This document shows positions 48,560 through 63,004 of a stretch of DNA of 64,000 nt, piece by piece. Both the position numbers and the translations under genes were made by a program. How positions within the stretch are numbered: position 1 is the stretch's first letter; each line of letters begins with the position of its first letter. The stretch lies in assembly GCF_006345805.1 (NCBI RefSeq), contig NC_043005.1, forward strand, positions 78,678,001 through 78,742,000. The letters run 5' to 3'. The notes beneath the pieces were generated by a model, which made no database searches, was not told the DNA's origin, and saw only the letters and a program-made list of their open reading frames with translations. The stretch comes from Octopus sinensis (lineage: Eukaryota).

Positions 48560-48950
48560 AGGCGCAGGAGTGGCTGTGTGGTAAGTAGCTTGCTAACCAA
48601 CACATGGTTCCGGGTTCAGTCCCACTGCGTGGCATCTGGGCAAGTGTCTTCTGCTATAGCCCCGGGCCGACAATGCCTTGTGAGTGGATTTGGTAGACGG
48701 AAACTGAAGAAGCCTGTATATATGTATATATATATATGTATGTGTTGTTTTTGCCCCCCTAGCATTGCTTGACAACCGATCTAGTGTGTTTGCGTCCCCG
48801 TCACTTAGCGGTTCGGCAAGGAGACCGATAAAATAAGTACTGGACTTACAAAGAATAAGTCCCGGGGTCGATTTCCTCGACTAAAGGCGGTGCTCCAGCA
48901 TGGCCGCAGTCAAATGACTGAAACAAGTAAAAAGAGTAAAGAGTAAAAAA
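48560..48950 (+). mobile_element. Full-length CORE-like long SINE, well preserved
   Basis: Head GGCGCAGGAGTGGCTGTGTGGTAAG through tail AACAAGTAAAAAGAGTAAAGAG. Confidence 0.88.
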
Positions 48951-49372
48951 GAGACTCTTTTCAGTTTGTAAGATAGAAATTTAAATGTAATAAAATGTTT
49001 CAAATGTTAAGTGCCTTCGTGATAACAGTAAACCTTCTTTTGGGCCACTCTATAATTTAAAAGAAACATTTTTGGAGGAAGATATTAACTTGTATTAATC
49101 CCTTCAGGGGTTTTATTTTGTTTAACCTTTTATCTTTCACTTGTTAAGTCATGAGACTGCGGCCATGCTGGAGTACCACCTTAAAGGGTTTAAAGTCGCA
49201 TGAATCGATCCCAGGACATTTTTTTTTGCTATAAGCCTTCTACTTATTCTATCATTCACTTTTGCTGCTTACAGGAATGTAAGCACCAGCACCGGTTCTC
49301 AAATCGTGGAGTTGATGGGCAAGTACACACAGAAAGATGCATATATATATATATGTGTTGTGTGTGTGTGTG

Positions 49373-49665
49373 GAAGGCGCAATGGCCCAGTGGTTAGGGC
49401 AGCGGAGGTTCGCGGTTTCGATTCCCAGACCGGGCGTTGTGTGTGTTTATTAGGTGAAAACATCTAAAAGCTCCACGAAGCTAAGGCAGGGAGGGGGGTG
49501 CCGACCCCTGTGCTACTCTTTCGTCACAACTTTCTCTCACTCTCTCTTCCTGTTTCTTGAGTAACGCTGCGATGGACTGGCGTCCCGCCCAGTTGTGGAG
49601 AACGCATACGCCACAGAAACCGAGAAACCGGGCCCATGAGCCTGGCTAGGCTTGAAAAGGGCGAC
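49373..49665 (+). mobile_element. tRNA-SINE family III with an alternative tail
   Basis: Head as 13527; then GCGATGGACTGGCGTCCCGCCCAG. Confidence 0.75.
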
Positions 49666-50924
49666 GTTTATCGTTATATATATGCATATATACGCACACT
49701 GTCAGTTTCCGTCAACCAAATCCACTCACATGGCTTTTGCTCAGCCGAAGCTATAATTGAACAAACTTGCTCAAGGTGTCATGCAGTGGGATTCAATCCG
49801 GAAGCAGACTTCTTACCACACAGCCCCTAACTATATAAAACGCATGGTTCGTTTTCATATATGTAGAATTGTATAAAATTTATTATTAACATTTTAAAGT
49901 TATGAACAATAAATATATATCAGCTATTTAGCGCCAGAAAAAGGGCTTAAGTGAATTCCACTAGTCTTTATGATCTGAGTTCAAAATCCACCGAGATTGA
50001 CTTTACCTTTCGTCCTTTCGGGGTCGATAAAATAAGTACCAGTTAAGCACCAGTGCCGATGAAATCGGTTTAACACATCTCACGAAATTACTGGCTCTAT
50101 GAAAAATACCTGAACCGAATAATTTGTCGAATCTGTTTTTTAAATCTACTTGAAAATTTAACTACTTGAATCGTCGTGTTCCTTCGTTGTGTAACTTTAT
50201 ATCTTTCAAGTCACGCAGTAAGATATTATATAAACAATCTAAGGAAGCGTTGATGCAACATATAATAATAAGTCAAAATCAATCTACAATATTGTGGCAC
50301 AATAACCCAATACAATTTATATTACAATTGAATATTTGTAGACGCTCTGATGTAGATGTTTGAAAATTTGAGGAATCCATAGAGATGATGGTTGCTTAGT
50401 TTCGCCTGAAGGAATAGATATTCATGGAATGCTATATATTCCTTTTAAATTACACTTCCGTCCATTCCTCAATGTAAACTCGCTTCCATTCAAATTATAT
50501 CTTATATTTAAATGGTAATTGTTGCATAAAACATGTTCAATGGCGCTCTTTCACACGAGAAATATTTCAGAAACAAAATTCAATATGAAAAACTTGAAGA
50601 AGCCATTGTAATACAAACACACACACATACACATACGCGAACACATACGCACACACACACGCTCAGGCACACACGATCAGGTGCACACACGCGTGCGGAC
50701 ACACACACATACACAGACATATGCACACTTACCAATGCATATACACACATAAACATGCCTATACATATACTTGCACATTCATATACATACATATATTTTA
50801 AAATATATTTAAAAATACATATATCCATATACATGCGTATACATATACACATATAGATATACACCCATACATATACACACACACATATATCTATATATAT
50901 ACATACATACATACATATACATAC

Positions 50925-50990
<66 letters not shown>

Positions 50991-51399
50991 ATATATATAT
51001 AATATATATACATGCATATTACTTCATATATATACATATATGCATATACACTTCGCCACAAAGTACAATCTCTCTCTCTCTCTCACAGACACAAATGAAC
51101 ATAGTGACGCTTGTACGTGGAAACAGCTATCGACACACATCTATATATAAACGTATATTCAAATGCGGATGCGTACATTCTAATGTACAATGAGGAAGAA
51201 TCAGTGAACTAGGTCGAAATTTAGATTATTAAACCTGGAGTGAATTAAAATTAGAAGTAGTTTAATAATAGAGCTAACTTGTAAAAGTGACCTTATTTGC
51301 TTTTTGATATTTTTAACTGTAAAAGCCTTAAATAAAACTTGGCAAAGGTACAATATTCGTAGTTTATTACCAGACACAAAGAACGGGGTGAATAATAAT

Positions 51400-52225
51400 A
51401 ATGACTTCCTCTAAGGCCTGAAATTTGCTGGGCGGAGACTAGTCGATTACATATACCCTAGTGCATAACTGGTACTTAATTTATTGATCCCGAAATGTTG
51501 AAGGGCAAAAATCAATCTCGACAGATTTGAACTCAGAGCGTAGAAATGGGAAAAATACCGCTAAGGGTTTCGCCCGGCGTGCTAGTGATTCTATCAGTAC
51601 GCTGCCTTATATAATAATCTTTTCTGCTATAGGCACAGGGCCTGAAATTTTGGGGAAGGGAGCCAGTCGATTATATCGACTCCAGTACGCAACTGGTACT
51701 TATTTTAACGTCTCCGAATAGATGAAATGCAAAGTCGACCTCGGTGGTATTTGAACTCAGAACGTAAAGACGGACGAAGTACCTGTTTATTTACTGCTCA
51801 CAAGGGGCCACACACAGAGGGGACAAACAAGGACAGACAATCGGATTAAGTCGATTATATCGACCCCAATGCGTAACTGGTACCTATTTAATCGACCCCG
51901 AAAGGATGAAAGGCAAAGTCGATCTCGGCGGAATTTGAACTCAGAACGTAACGGCAGACGAAATACCGCAAAGCATTTCGCCCGGCATGCTAACGTTTCT
52001 GCCAGCTCGCCGCCTTATATAATAATCCTCTCTACTACAGGCACAATTTTGAGGGAGGGTGCCAGTCGATTAGATCGACCCTAGTACCCAACTGGTACTT
52101 ATTCTATTGACCCCGAACGGATGAATAGCAAAGTCGACATCGGTGGTATTTGAACTCAGAACGTAAAGACGGACGAAATACCACTAAGCTTTTCTTTCAG
52201 CATGCTAACGATACTGCTCGCTCAC
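51400..52225 (-). mobile_element. Cluster of Meta-domain SINEs and dimers
   Basis: Repeated family consensus. Confidence 0.82.
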
Positions 52226-52995
52226 CACATTAATGATAATAATAATTATAATAACGAAGCTGATCGGCTTCCAGTAATGCAATGTGAATGTTCTTAATTA
52301 GAGTTAATTGCGCTACTGGTAAACAACGAACTTGAATTAATATAAAGAATAAATCAAAGTATGTAGACAATTAATGAAGCATTTTAAATTAGCAATTAAT
52401 ACGCCAAGATTAAACGAATTGACATTTGTACTTATTATAGTCGACGATATGTGCAGCTAATAACAAATAAAATATTTCGACACCATTCTTGGGAAATTTG
52501 TCTTACACCAAAGAATGAAAGAAATGCATTGATTCACGCGCAGCCATCTTATAACCGTCAACGGCAGCTGTCAAAACATACAAAAACACTCCAGAAGTTC
52601 AGCTTGTAACTAATACTAATTGCTGTTGTCCATCAAAAGAAGCACTGACACAAGGTTTATGGCATCCTGTTCACTTGTTCAATAAATTAGAAATGAAATA
52701 CTAAAGAGACGGCGGTGTTTATATAGAAATACGTATATAATTAACAAAATGGCTGTGTGCACGTGTTTGTGTGTGTGCGCGCGCGTGTGTGTGTGTGTGT
52801 GTGTACGCAAAATGAGATCGTAAAAGCAGATGGGCAGACGGAGGGAAGAATGTGGAAATACGCGTAAACACATTCTATTACACGATGGAGAAACTGAGAC
52901 ACTGTTAGAAATTAATGAGTGAGAATGTGTGCAGTTTCTCTCTTCTATTTCTCTCTCCCTCTATCTCTCACTCTTTCTATCTCTCATTTCCTCTT

Positions 52996-53027
<32 letters not shown>

Positions 53028-53112
53028 ACACTCTCTTTCTCAGTATGTATGCGTGTGTATGGATGTATAAATGGATTGATCGATGTATACAGGGTTGTAC
53101 ATCTGTCTCTCA

Positions 53113-53146
<34 letters not shown>

Positions 53147-53183
53147 GCCTGTCTATGTTTGTATCTATCTATCATCTCTCCTT

Positions 53184-53230
<47 letters not shown>

Positions 53231-54092
53231 GCTCTCTGTCTGTCTATCTATCTATCTGCCTGTCTGTATGTCTGCCTGTCTGTCTGTCTGTCTGTCTGTC
53301 TTCCTGTCTGTCTGTCTGTCTGTCTGTTAGTTCCTCTGTATGTATGTATTTATTTATGTATGTATGTCTCTAACTCTCCCTTTCTCCCTCTCTCTCTAGC
53401 TATCCACCTATCTATCTACGTGTGTATGTGTACATATATATATATATCTGTATATACATATACGCACACACACATATGCATGCATAAACACACACACACA
53501 CACACACACACACATATGCGTGCATGCATACATGCCTACGTACATGCGTGCGTGTGTATGTGTGTACCTGTGAATGGGCATATCAAATACTTGCTTAGAC
53601 TCGTATAATCACACACATATTTACCTGGGTACGCACAATCTTAAAATATATGCGCGTGTGCGTGCGGCTCTAGTTCGGTAGTTCTGAAGTTGTGTGGGGT
53701 GTAGAGTCACTCTTTAATTACGTTTACTCCCAAATCCGATCTGACCCAGAACGGTAGGACCCATAAGGGTCTAACCTATAAGTTAATTATATTTCTTAAG
53801 GGTAGAGCAGTGTTTCACCCGTTATTTTTGACAGAGCTGTGAATAAAGTTGCTCTTACAGGAGAAAGATTCTCTGACGTAAAACTTATAGCCAAAATAGT
53901 ACCAGTTGTCCTGCGATGACACTGCAACCTACAATGGGGACTGAGAGATTGGCAAAAGTGTAATAGAAACATTTGTCACTTAAATCCACGGACATACAAG
54001 TGTCTCACTATCATTTCATTTCATTTCTTGATCTGATTTGTATTACGATATATGAAGGTATAAGGGCGCCGAGCTAGCATAATATATAAGGA

Positions 54093-54775
54093 GTGAAAAG
54101 TGGTGAGCTGGCAGAAGCGTTAGCACGCCGGGCGAAATGCCTAGCGGTATTTCGTCTGCTGCTACGTTCTGAGTTCAAATTCCACCGAGGTCGACTTTGC
54201 CTTTCATCCTTTCGGGGTCGATTAAATAAGTACCAGTTACGAACTGGGGTCGATATAATCGACTTAATCCGATTATCTGTCCTTGTTTGTCCTCTCTGTG
54301 TTTAGCCACTTGTGTGTAGTAAAGAAATAGGTATTTCGCCTGCCTCTACGTTCTGAATTCAAATTTCGCCGAGGTCGACTTTGCTTTTCATCCTTTCGGG
54401 ATCTATTAAATAAGTACTAGTTACGCACTGGGGTCGATATAATCAACTTAATCCGTTTGTCTGTCCTTGTTTGTCCTCTCTGTGTTTAGCCACTTGTGGG
54501 TAGTAAAGAAATAGGTATTTCGTCTGCCTATACGTTCTGAATTCAAATTTCGCCGAGGTCGACTTTGCTTTTCATCCTTTCGGGATCCATTAAATAAGTA
54601 CTAGTTACGCACTGGGGTCGATGTAATCGACTTAATCCCTTTGTCTCTCCTTGTTTGTCCTCTTTATGTTTAGCCCCCTGTGGGCAATAAAGAAATAAGA
54701 AACGGTAGCACGCAGGAAGAAATGCTTAGCGGTATTTCGTCTGTCTCTACGATCTGAGTTCAAATTCCGTCGAGG
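54093..54775 (+). mobile_element. Meta-domain SINE multimer with 184-bp period
   Basis: GGTATTTCG restarts at 54146, 54330 and 54514; a fourth partial unit follows. Confidence 0.88.
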
Positions 54776-54789
54776 AAACGGAAGAAGTT

Positions 54790-55540
54790 TGGTGCACACA
54801 AGCTGTAATTAGAAAATGTCATGATGTAACTATGCCACTTGTTTTACGTGGTTCTCAAAGAGTTCTTTTTAGTTTGGAATTCGACCAATACTCATCGCGC
54901 AAAAGGTATGAAAACTTTCCTTTCTGAAAAAAGAATTGACAGCACTTCAGGAATGACTTCATAGCTACAAACATTAGATCTTGTAATACACAAGCTCTTC
55001 TAGGATTATTTGCGGATGGAGGGGAATGAATATATCGAACATAGAATGGAGATAAATCAACGTGGAAACTTTGTCTAACACAACTTCCTAGAAATCGTGA
55101 ATTGGGTGAAGAATTCATGGAATAAAATTACCGTGAGTTGCGTTGCCAATGCACTACGAGCAGGTTATTTGGGCAAAAAGCGTTCTTTTAAGGAGTTTTT
55201 CATTGCCAAACATAAGAGATTGGGGTCCATGATTCTATAGGAAATGGATTTGCAAGAAATTCTGTCTGAAATTCGGGGTTTGATGATTTATGACGATGTT
55301 CCAGAGGAGGACGAAATATTTGTACTTGACTAAAAACAATAAGCAAATAAATAAACATTCGATAACTAAAAACATGGATTTCCCTTTTACAATTTTTCCT
55401 TTCACACGAGGTCAAGAGACTATTTTGTCTTTCTTGGATTTTTACCGCATAAATATAAGACATCCCCGAACATAAGCCCTAGTGCATTTTTTGGATGCAA
55501 GATCAATATAAGACCGGGTCTTATTTTCGGGGATACACGG
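54790..55540 (+). mobile_element. pogo/Tc2-type transposon remnant with right TIR
   Basis: Degenerate DDE motifs GMTS*LQTLDLVIHKLF and WVKNSWNKITVSCVANAL; end TAAGACCGGGTCTTATTTTCGGGGATACACGG-TA. Confidence 0.75.
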
Positions 55541-55824
55541 TATGTACTATGTATAAAGCTCTCGTTGAAGCTTCTCACGCCTACATTCATTTAATACGCA
55601 TTTAAAAATTATATAACAAAAAAAAAACATTCTCAAATACTTTCCCTCAGTTCTGTTTATCATGAATCGTGTTGCCAGTTCTCTATTATCTTCTACGTGC
55701 TTGTTCGAATTTTTAGAATTTGTAGCCAAGTTTCTCTGCCATATATTGAAAAGGATTGGATATATAGAACAATACACCTTTAGATATACTCTTAAAAAGA
55801 TAAGATAGCCATTGCTATCATGGA

Positions 55825-56212
55825 GGAAAGGAAGCACTCCGTCGGTTACGACGACGAGGGTTCCGGTTGATCCGAATCAACGGAACAGCCTGCTCGTGAA
55901 ATTAACGTGTATGTGGCTGAGCACTCCACAGACACGTGTACCCTTAACGTAGTTCTCGGGGATATTCAGCGTGACACAGAGAGTGACATGGCCGGCCCTT
56001 TGAAATACAGGTACAACAGAAACAGGAAGTAAGAGTGAGAGAAAGTTGTGGTGAAAGAGTACAGCAGGGATCACCACCATCCCCTGCCGGAGCCTCGTGG
56101 AGCTTTAGGTGTTTTCGCTCAATAAACACTCACAACGCCCGGTCTGGGAATCGAAACCGCGATCCTATGACCGCGTGTCCGCTGCCCTAACCACTGGGCC
56201 ATTGCGCCTCCA
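55825..56212 (-). mobile_element. tRNA-SINE family III, long form
   Basis: Reverse complement of the 13527-type head plus an extended body. Confidence 0.8.
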
Positions 56213-56598
56213 ATTGCTATCATGATCATCATCATCAACCCATAGACATCGATGTCTCGAGTCCTAGGATTCATGGGGCCTGTTACCATGAATGAGCGAG
56301 ATCACAACATTCCGCCTTGATAGGACGCTAGCCCATCGTACGGTTACCAGGGCATATAAATGAAAGAGATCCCAACAATTCCTACTGAATGGGAAGCCAG
56401 TCCGTTACAGGCTTATTCACTTACAACTGAGTGGACTTGAGCAACGTCAGATGGAGTGTTTTCCTCAAGAACATAACGCACTGCACAATACGGTAATCGA
56501 AACTACATTCTTGCGATCGTGTGAACAGCAGCATACCCGCTTGTCAACGAGCCTTCACTCTATCGGATAATATAGTTTTGTATATACTCTTAAATATA

Positions 56599-57469
56599 CG
56601 CGGTTTGATCAATAAGTATCCGGACAGGTGTTATGAAAAACAAAACTACAACACGTACCAATTTGGCATTTAATCTCCTTCAAAGAATTCCCCTTCGGAA
56701 GTCACACACGTAATTCAGCGCTGTTTCCATTGATGGAAGCATTCTTAGAACTCGTTTTCTGGGATAATCAGCAGATGTCTCGTCGCATTCACTTTGAGTT
56801 CCTTGACGTCCTGAGATTTTTCCCTTTCAAGAGGGATTTGATTTTTGGAAAGAGGAAAAAGGGACGAGAAAGAGGAAAAAGGGACGAGTGGTTGTAGGAC
56901 CTAGGAGATGCTGTGCTTAGCCAAAAACTGCTGCACAAGCTGCGCTGAATGGGCAGGTGTGCTGTCAGCTGAAAGAAGTTTTGACACAAGCTTGGCGGAC
57001 ACGCGTCTCATATCTCAATTTTCAGTGATAATGGACTGAACTGAACCGTAACTAATCTGCACATCGAATAACTCACGCATGGCGATTCGACGATTTCCCC
57101 TCACAGCTGGACGCACATCTGCGATGTTTTCCTCAGTTCTGTTGGTTGCGGGTCTCCCAGAGCCTTCATCCCTATCGACATTTTTTTCAGCTCAAACACT
57201 CCTCTCCATACACTTTCTGCAACTTTGCGTTGGCAGGAATCGCCAAGCTTTTGGCATAAGTTGACGCAGGTTCAAGTTCAATGTGACGATCACACGCTAC
57301 ACAAGTTCCTTCCAAGCGCTGCTGCAAGCAGCGGAAGTGAGCTAGAACGTTAAAATTTAGTGCACATGCACAGCAAATATCAAGGTCAATCTGTTCTAAG
57401 CGGCTTCAATCGGCGTTCTTTAACTTCGCTACTATAGCAACAGTCCGGATACTTATTGATCAGACTACG
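56599..57469 (-). mobile_element. Internally deleted mariner element
   Basis: TIRs CGCGGTTTGATCAATAAGTATCCGGAC and GTCCGGATACTTATTGATCAGACTACG; remnants GRPATNRTEENI, MRRVSAKLVSKLLS, FFLFPKIKSLLKG, C-terminal EGEFFEGD*. Confidence 0.88.
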
Positions 57470-57554
57470 TTGACATTTTACTTGTACTTTCGGCGGCATT
57501 CACCTGGGATGGGCTGAGTCGACTCTGACCAATGCGTTCACTATGTCCCTCATA

Positions 57555-57590
57555 AATTCTGATGAACTGCTAATAGAAGAAACGTTAATT
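57555..57590 (+). ncRNA. Minimal hammerhead-like motif with damaged stem II
   Basis: aatt CTGATGA actgctaatagaa GAA ACGT T aatt. Confidence 0.55.
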
Positions 57591-58289
57591 AAGCGGAGGT
57601 CTACACGACCAGGTTTAATTTGTGGCTGCACAACATAAACAGCGCAAAACCAATTCACAGCAAAGTAATGTGGGACACGAAAAGATTTTAAAACAAATTA
57701 CATAGGTCCCGAACATAGAGACTTACTGTAAACTGCGAGCGCAAATCGATAGGGTGTTACAAACCATCGACCTTTGGACTCATTGATTGATTGATTGGTA
57801 ATCAACCACACACACACGATCGATTTCTCCGTCTCCTCTCTCTCTCCCCATCATCTATTTCCCTCCTTTATATTTTGTTCTTTATGCGTCCGATATGTTG
57901 AAGAAAATATACATTAGAAAGAAAATAAAAATAACAAAATAAACTAGATTTGAACTTAAAAACGAAAGAGGGCAACAACAACAACAACCACAGCAACAAC
58001 AACAAAACAATAACAAGAATCATATCAAGAACAAGGAAAAAAAAGAAATCGAAGACATTTTCGTTTGTATGAAAATCTAAAAATAAATTAATGAAAATGT
58101 CTGAATAACAAATAAGAGGAATTTCGTTTTTAGATTATATTGAGCATTTATTGTCTTTCTAGTTGTGTTGTTAACGTTCCGGTAATTAAGTTTTCCATTC
58201 AGTTTCTTTGTGATTTGTAATAAATCCTATTTTCTTCCTCTTTCTCTATTTATATTTCAATTTCTTTCCACCATTTTTCACCGCCTCAT

Positions 58290-59000
58290 CCTCTTTTCCG
58301 CTCGTTTTCTCTCTCTCTCTCTCTTTCTCTCTCTCACCCTCTCTTTATCTATCTATCTAGCTATCTATCTTCGTCATCATCATCATCATCTTCATTCTCC
58401 GTCATCATCATCATAATCATCATCATCATCATCATTCTCCATCTCTCTCATTTCTCCCTCTCTCTCTCTCTTTCTCTCTCTTTCTCTTTCTCTCTCTTTC
58501 TCTCTTTTATCTATCTATCTAGCTATCTATCTTCGTCATCATCATCATCTTCATTCCCCGTCATCATCATCATAATCATCATAATCATCATCACATCATC
58601 ATCGTCATTCTCCATCTCTCTCATTTCTCTCTCTCACTCTCTCTCTATCTCTATCTCCGTCAACACCATCATCCTCATCCTCCTCCTCCTCATCATCATC
58701 ATCATTCTCCATCTCTCTCATTTCTCTCTCTCACTCTCTCTATCTCTATCTCCGTCAACATCACCATCCTCATCTCCATCATCATCATCATCATCATCAT
58801 CATTCTTCATCTCTCTCATTTCTCTCTCTCTCTCTCACTCTCTCTCTCACTTTCTCACTCTCTATCTCCGTCATCCTCCTCCTCCTCCTCCTCCTCATCA
58901 TCATCATTCTCCATCTTCATTTCTCTCTCTCTCTCTCTCTCCTCTAGATATCTATATATCCATCATCATCAACATCATCATCATCATTCTCCATCTCACT
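58290..59000. repeat. Higher-order repeat of alternating (CAT)n and (CT)n modules
   Basis: CATCATCATTCTCCATCTCTCTCATTTCTC junction recurs about six times. Confidence 0.85.
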
Positions 59001-59039
<39 letters not shown>

Positions 59040-59394
59040 AATCTGCTCTTTGTCTTTCTCGCGTCTCTTTCTCTCTTCCCGTCACTTTTTGTTTATCCGT
59101 CTCTCACACATTCATCGCATATACACACACCAACACACACATACACACAACACATACAATCTCTCTCACTCTCTCACTCTCTCACTCACTCTTCCTCACT
59201 CTCTCCCCCTCTCTGTCTGTCAATCTCATATTATTTATGATTATTATTATAATTATTATAACTATTATTATTGTTTGTTATCGCCATAATTACAATTATA
59301 ATAATCATTATTATTATTGTTACAACTACTACTACTAATACAACTACTACTACTACTACTACTACTACCACTACCACTAAAGCTACTGCTACTG

Positions 59395-59439
<45 letters not shown>

Positions 59440-60035
59440 TTGTACATTCTATCAATATCCTTCCGATTGTTCATGTATCTTTTCCTTTTTGTGCTCTCTT
59501 TCTCTCACCTCTCTCTCTCTCCCTCTCTCCCCTCTTTTTTCTTTTCCTCCTTCTCCTTTGGTGTCTTTGTTCTTCATACTTTGCTCTTCCATCAAAAGTT
59601 ATTGTGTTTAAGAATTTATCCACCCACTCCCACCATCACCCTCTCTAAACAATGCTCTTTAATTCTATCTCTTATTCTATCTACCTCTGTCTCCTATAAT
59701 CATGTATTATGATATGTATGCTTCTTGCTCTTTCATTTCTCTCTCTCTCTCTCTCTCTCACTCTCTCTCACTCTCACCTTGCTTCCTCTCGTTCTCTGTC
59801 TTTTCTTTCAACGTGTGTCTATCTCTGTCTGTCTGTTTGCCTGTCTCACGTTCTCTCTCTCTCTCCCTCTTTCTCTCCTTTTTTTGTTACTATTTTTGAA
59901 CTTTTGCATCTATCTGCAACCAACATTACCTTTTCACTCTTTTATAGTGTTCTCGTCATTATCTCCCTCTCTCCCCTCTCTCTCTCCTCTCTCTATATAT
60001 ATATATCTATCTATCTATTTATCTCTCTCTCTCTC

Positions 60036-60081
<46 letters not shown>

Positions 60082-60139
60082 AATGTATACATGTATGTAC
60101 GCATCTATCTATCTACCAGTCTGTCTGTATGTCTGTTTT

Positions 60140-60254
<115 letters not shown>

Positions 60255-60490
60255 ATCTATCGATCTATCTATCTATCTATTTATCTGTCTGTCTGTCTGT
60301 CTGTTCTCAGTCTGTCCGTTTTTCTTCCTATTCAAGTATCTTACTTATTCTCCATCACCGTTTCTCTTACTCTCTTCTCTCCCCGTTTCTCCTACGCCCT
60401 CTCCCCTTTTCTCCCTTTCTCTTCCACTATTTCCATCATCTCTATCTACCTAACACTCTCCTTTTATTTTTCCTCCTTTTCTTATTTAAT

Positions 60491-60527
<37 letters not shown>

Positions 60528-60775
60528 CACCACGTTTCGTCCCTCTCACCTCCTCTGTCCTTTCCTACTTTCTTTCGTATGATTTTTAGAAACATAGATG
60601 ATCGATAGGAAGATAGACAGGTACATTAATAGGTAGATGGATAGTCAAGCAGTGAGAGAGAGAGGGGGGAGAGATAGGGAGAAAGAGAGGGCGGAGTGAT
60701 AGGAAGAGAGAAAGAGAGGTGTAATATGAGAGTGGACAGAATGTGCGCTTGCGTGTGTATGCGTGTTGTGTATAA

Positions 60776-60837
<62 letters not shown>

Positions 60838-60999
60838 CGTGTGGATGTTCAGTACATGAAGGGTGAAAGTGGGAGGTGATCGATACTTATTCAGAAATGT
60901 TGCATTAAAATGCATGAATGAAAACCATTTACTCATAATATGAAAAAGAGAAATATATATACACACACACAAATACATACGCTCACTTCATGTATGCAT

Positions 61000-61103
61000 G
61001 TACCTGATGTGACCCAGACTGCACTGATCAATGCAAGACAATTGGATGCACAACATCGTACCCATAAGAACAGTCGCAGGTGGGGTCGAAACGATCGTAG
61101 TAC
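61000..61103 (+). ncRNA. Type I hammerhead motif with 77-nt domain II (A9U)
   Basis: gtac CTGATGT gaccc...gggtc GAA ACGATCGT A gtac; perfect 8-nt palindrome in stem III, G10.1-C11.1, distal gactg/cagtc helix. Confidence 0.75.
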
Positions 61104-61164
61104 TGTATAAAGACTAATGCCAAATCCATCTTCCGTTTCAATCATTCATTATTATTTTTCTTTT

Positions 61165-61539
61165 CGACTCTAGGCTTCAGGCCAAAATTTTTTTGTGGGA
61201 TGGGGCCAGTCGATTAGATCGACCCCAGTCGAAGGATGAGAGTCAAAGTCGACCTCGGCGGAATTTGAACTGAAAACGTAACGGCAGACGAAATACCTAT
61301 TTCTTTACTGCCCACAAGAGGCCACACACACAGATGGGACAAACAAGGACAGACAAATGGATTAAGTCGATTATATTGACCCCAGTGCGTAACTGGTACT
61401 TATTTAATCGACCCCTAGAGGATGAAAGGCAAAGTCGATCTCGGCGAAATTTGAACTCAAAACGTAACGGCAGACGAAATACCGCTAAGCATTTTGCCCG
61501 GCATGCTAACGATTCTGTCAGCTCACCGTCTTAATAATA

Positions 61540-61600
<61 letters not shown>

Positions 61601-61830
61601 TGATAATAATAATAATCTTTTCTACTCTAGGCACAAGGCCGGAAATTTTGATGGAGAGGTCCAGTCGATTAGATCGACCGCAGTACGCAACTTGTACTTA
61701 ATTTATATCGACCCCGAAAGGATGAAAGGCAAAGTCGACCTCGGCAGAATTTGAACTCAAAACGCAAAGACAGACGACATACTGCTAAGCATTTCGCCCG
61801 GCGTGCTAACGTTTCAGCCAGATCACCGCC
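61165..61830 (-). mobile_element. Meta-domain SINE dimer plus monomer separated by (AAT)n
   Basis: Family consensus. Confidence 0.82.
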
Positions 61831-62003
61831 TTTCATCTATCAATATTATTATCTCAACTAACATAGTGGTATTCCTGAAGTAGATCCGGCGGAAATATAT
61901 CTCCAACTGCGGATGACACCTGGTAGCCCAAACTGAGAAGGTGCTTTACCCAACATACTAAGTGAAATATATCCATCGGATCTCCAAAATTATATACATA
62001 CAC

Positions 62004-62034
<31 letters not shown>

Positions 62035-62965
62035 TGTATGTATGTATGTATGTATGTATGTATGTATGTATGTATGTATGTATGTATACACAATTGTCTA
62101 CCGCACAATTTCCGTGAAAGAAACTCACTCACAAAGCATTGGTCGGCTCGAATTTATTCTGGAACTAGAAGCAGACACCAGAAGGTGCCTTGTAATGGGA
62201 TTGAACTGCGAATAATTTGGTTTCGGACCGAACTACATAGCAACACATCCACGTCTACTCACGTATATTTCAACATTGGATCGAGATCACTTTAACCTCA
62301 CCGTTATATTCCCACTTGCTGAAGCAGGCCACATCATGTAGAAATGTCAGAGAAGAATCGTCGTCTTTTATTGCATCGAAGCATGTTGAAACTTAGCAAA
62401 ATATCCATTACTTAAACAGGTTGAAGGCTTCAAATTCGCTGGAGAAGATAATCGGTTTATATAACTAACCACGCACTTAACTCATATTTCATTTCAGTGA
62501 CACCGGAATGATTGAAAAAAGAAAAAGAAAAACAAACCAGAAACCGTTGACCTCGGTGATATTTGAACTCGCAACGTAAAGGGTCGCAATTAAATAACGT
62601 GCAATATTCTGTCCAACCTTCTAACGTGCTTGCAAATCAAATCCACTGCTTTGACCTAAGCAAAACCTTGCAAAAGCAAATATGTCGTCGGTGATATTGT
62701 AGGCAGCTTTTGTCATACGTGTATGGATGTATATGTGGTAATGCATATGTGTATATGTGTGGATGTCTTTGTCGAGGTCGTCTTATCAAAATACTAATTG
62801 ACTCTCAATGGACTGGGCAGGGAAAGCCGTCTTGCGAAGACATCCCCAAAGACTACCGCACAAACAAACGTAAACATATCTTCTGTTCCAATCTGAACTT
62901 CTTTCGTAGATTACAAAGAAATCTCATATTGTCTCTGTCTTTGTGTGACTGTCTGTATGTCTGTC

Positions 62966-63004
<39 letters not shown>

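Noticed and set aside
61860-61990. Exon-like unique stretch (GIPEVDPAEIYLQ on plus; DIFPPDLLQEYHY on minus)
   Set aside because: Weak splice sites, an in-frame stop on plus, and no recognisable homology.
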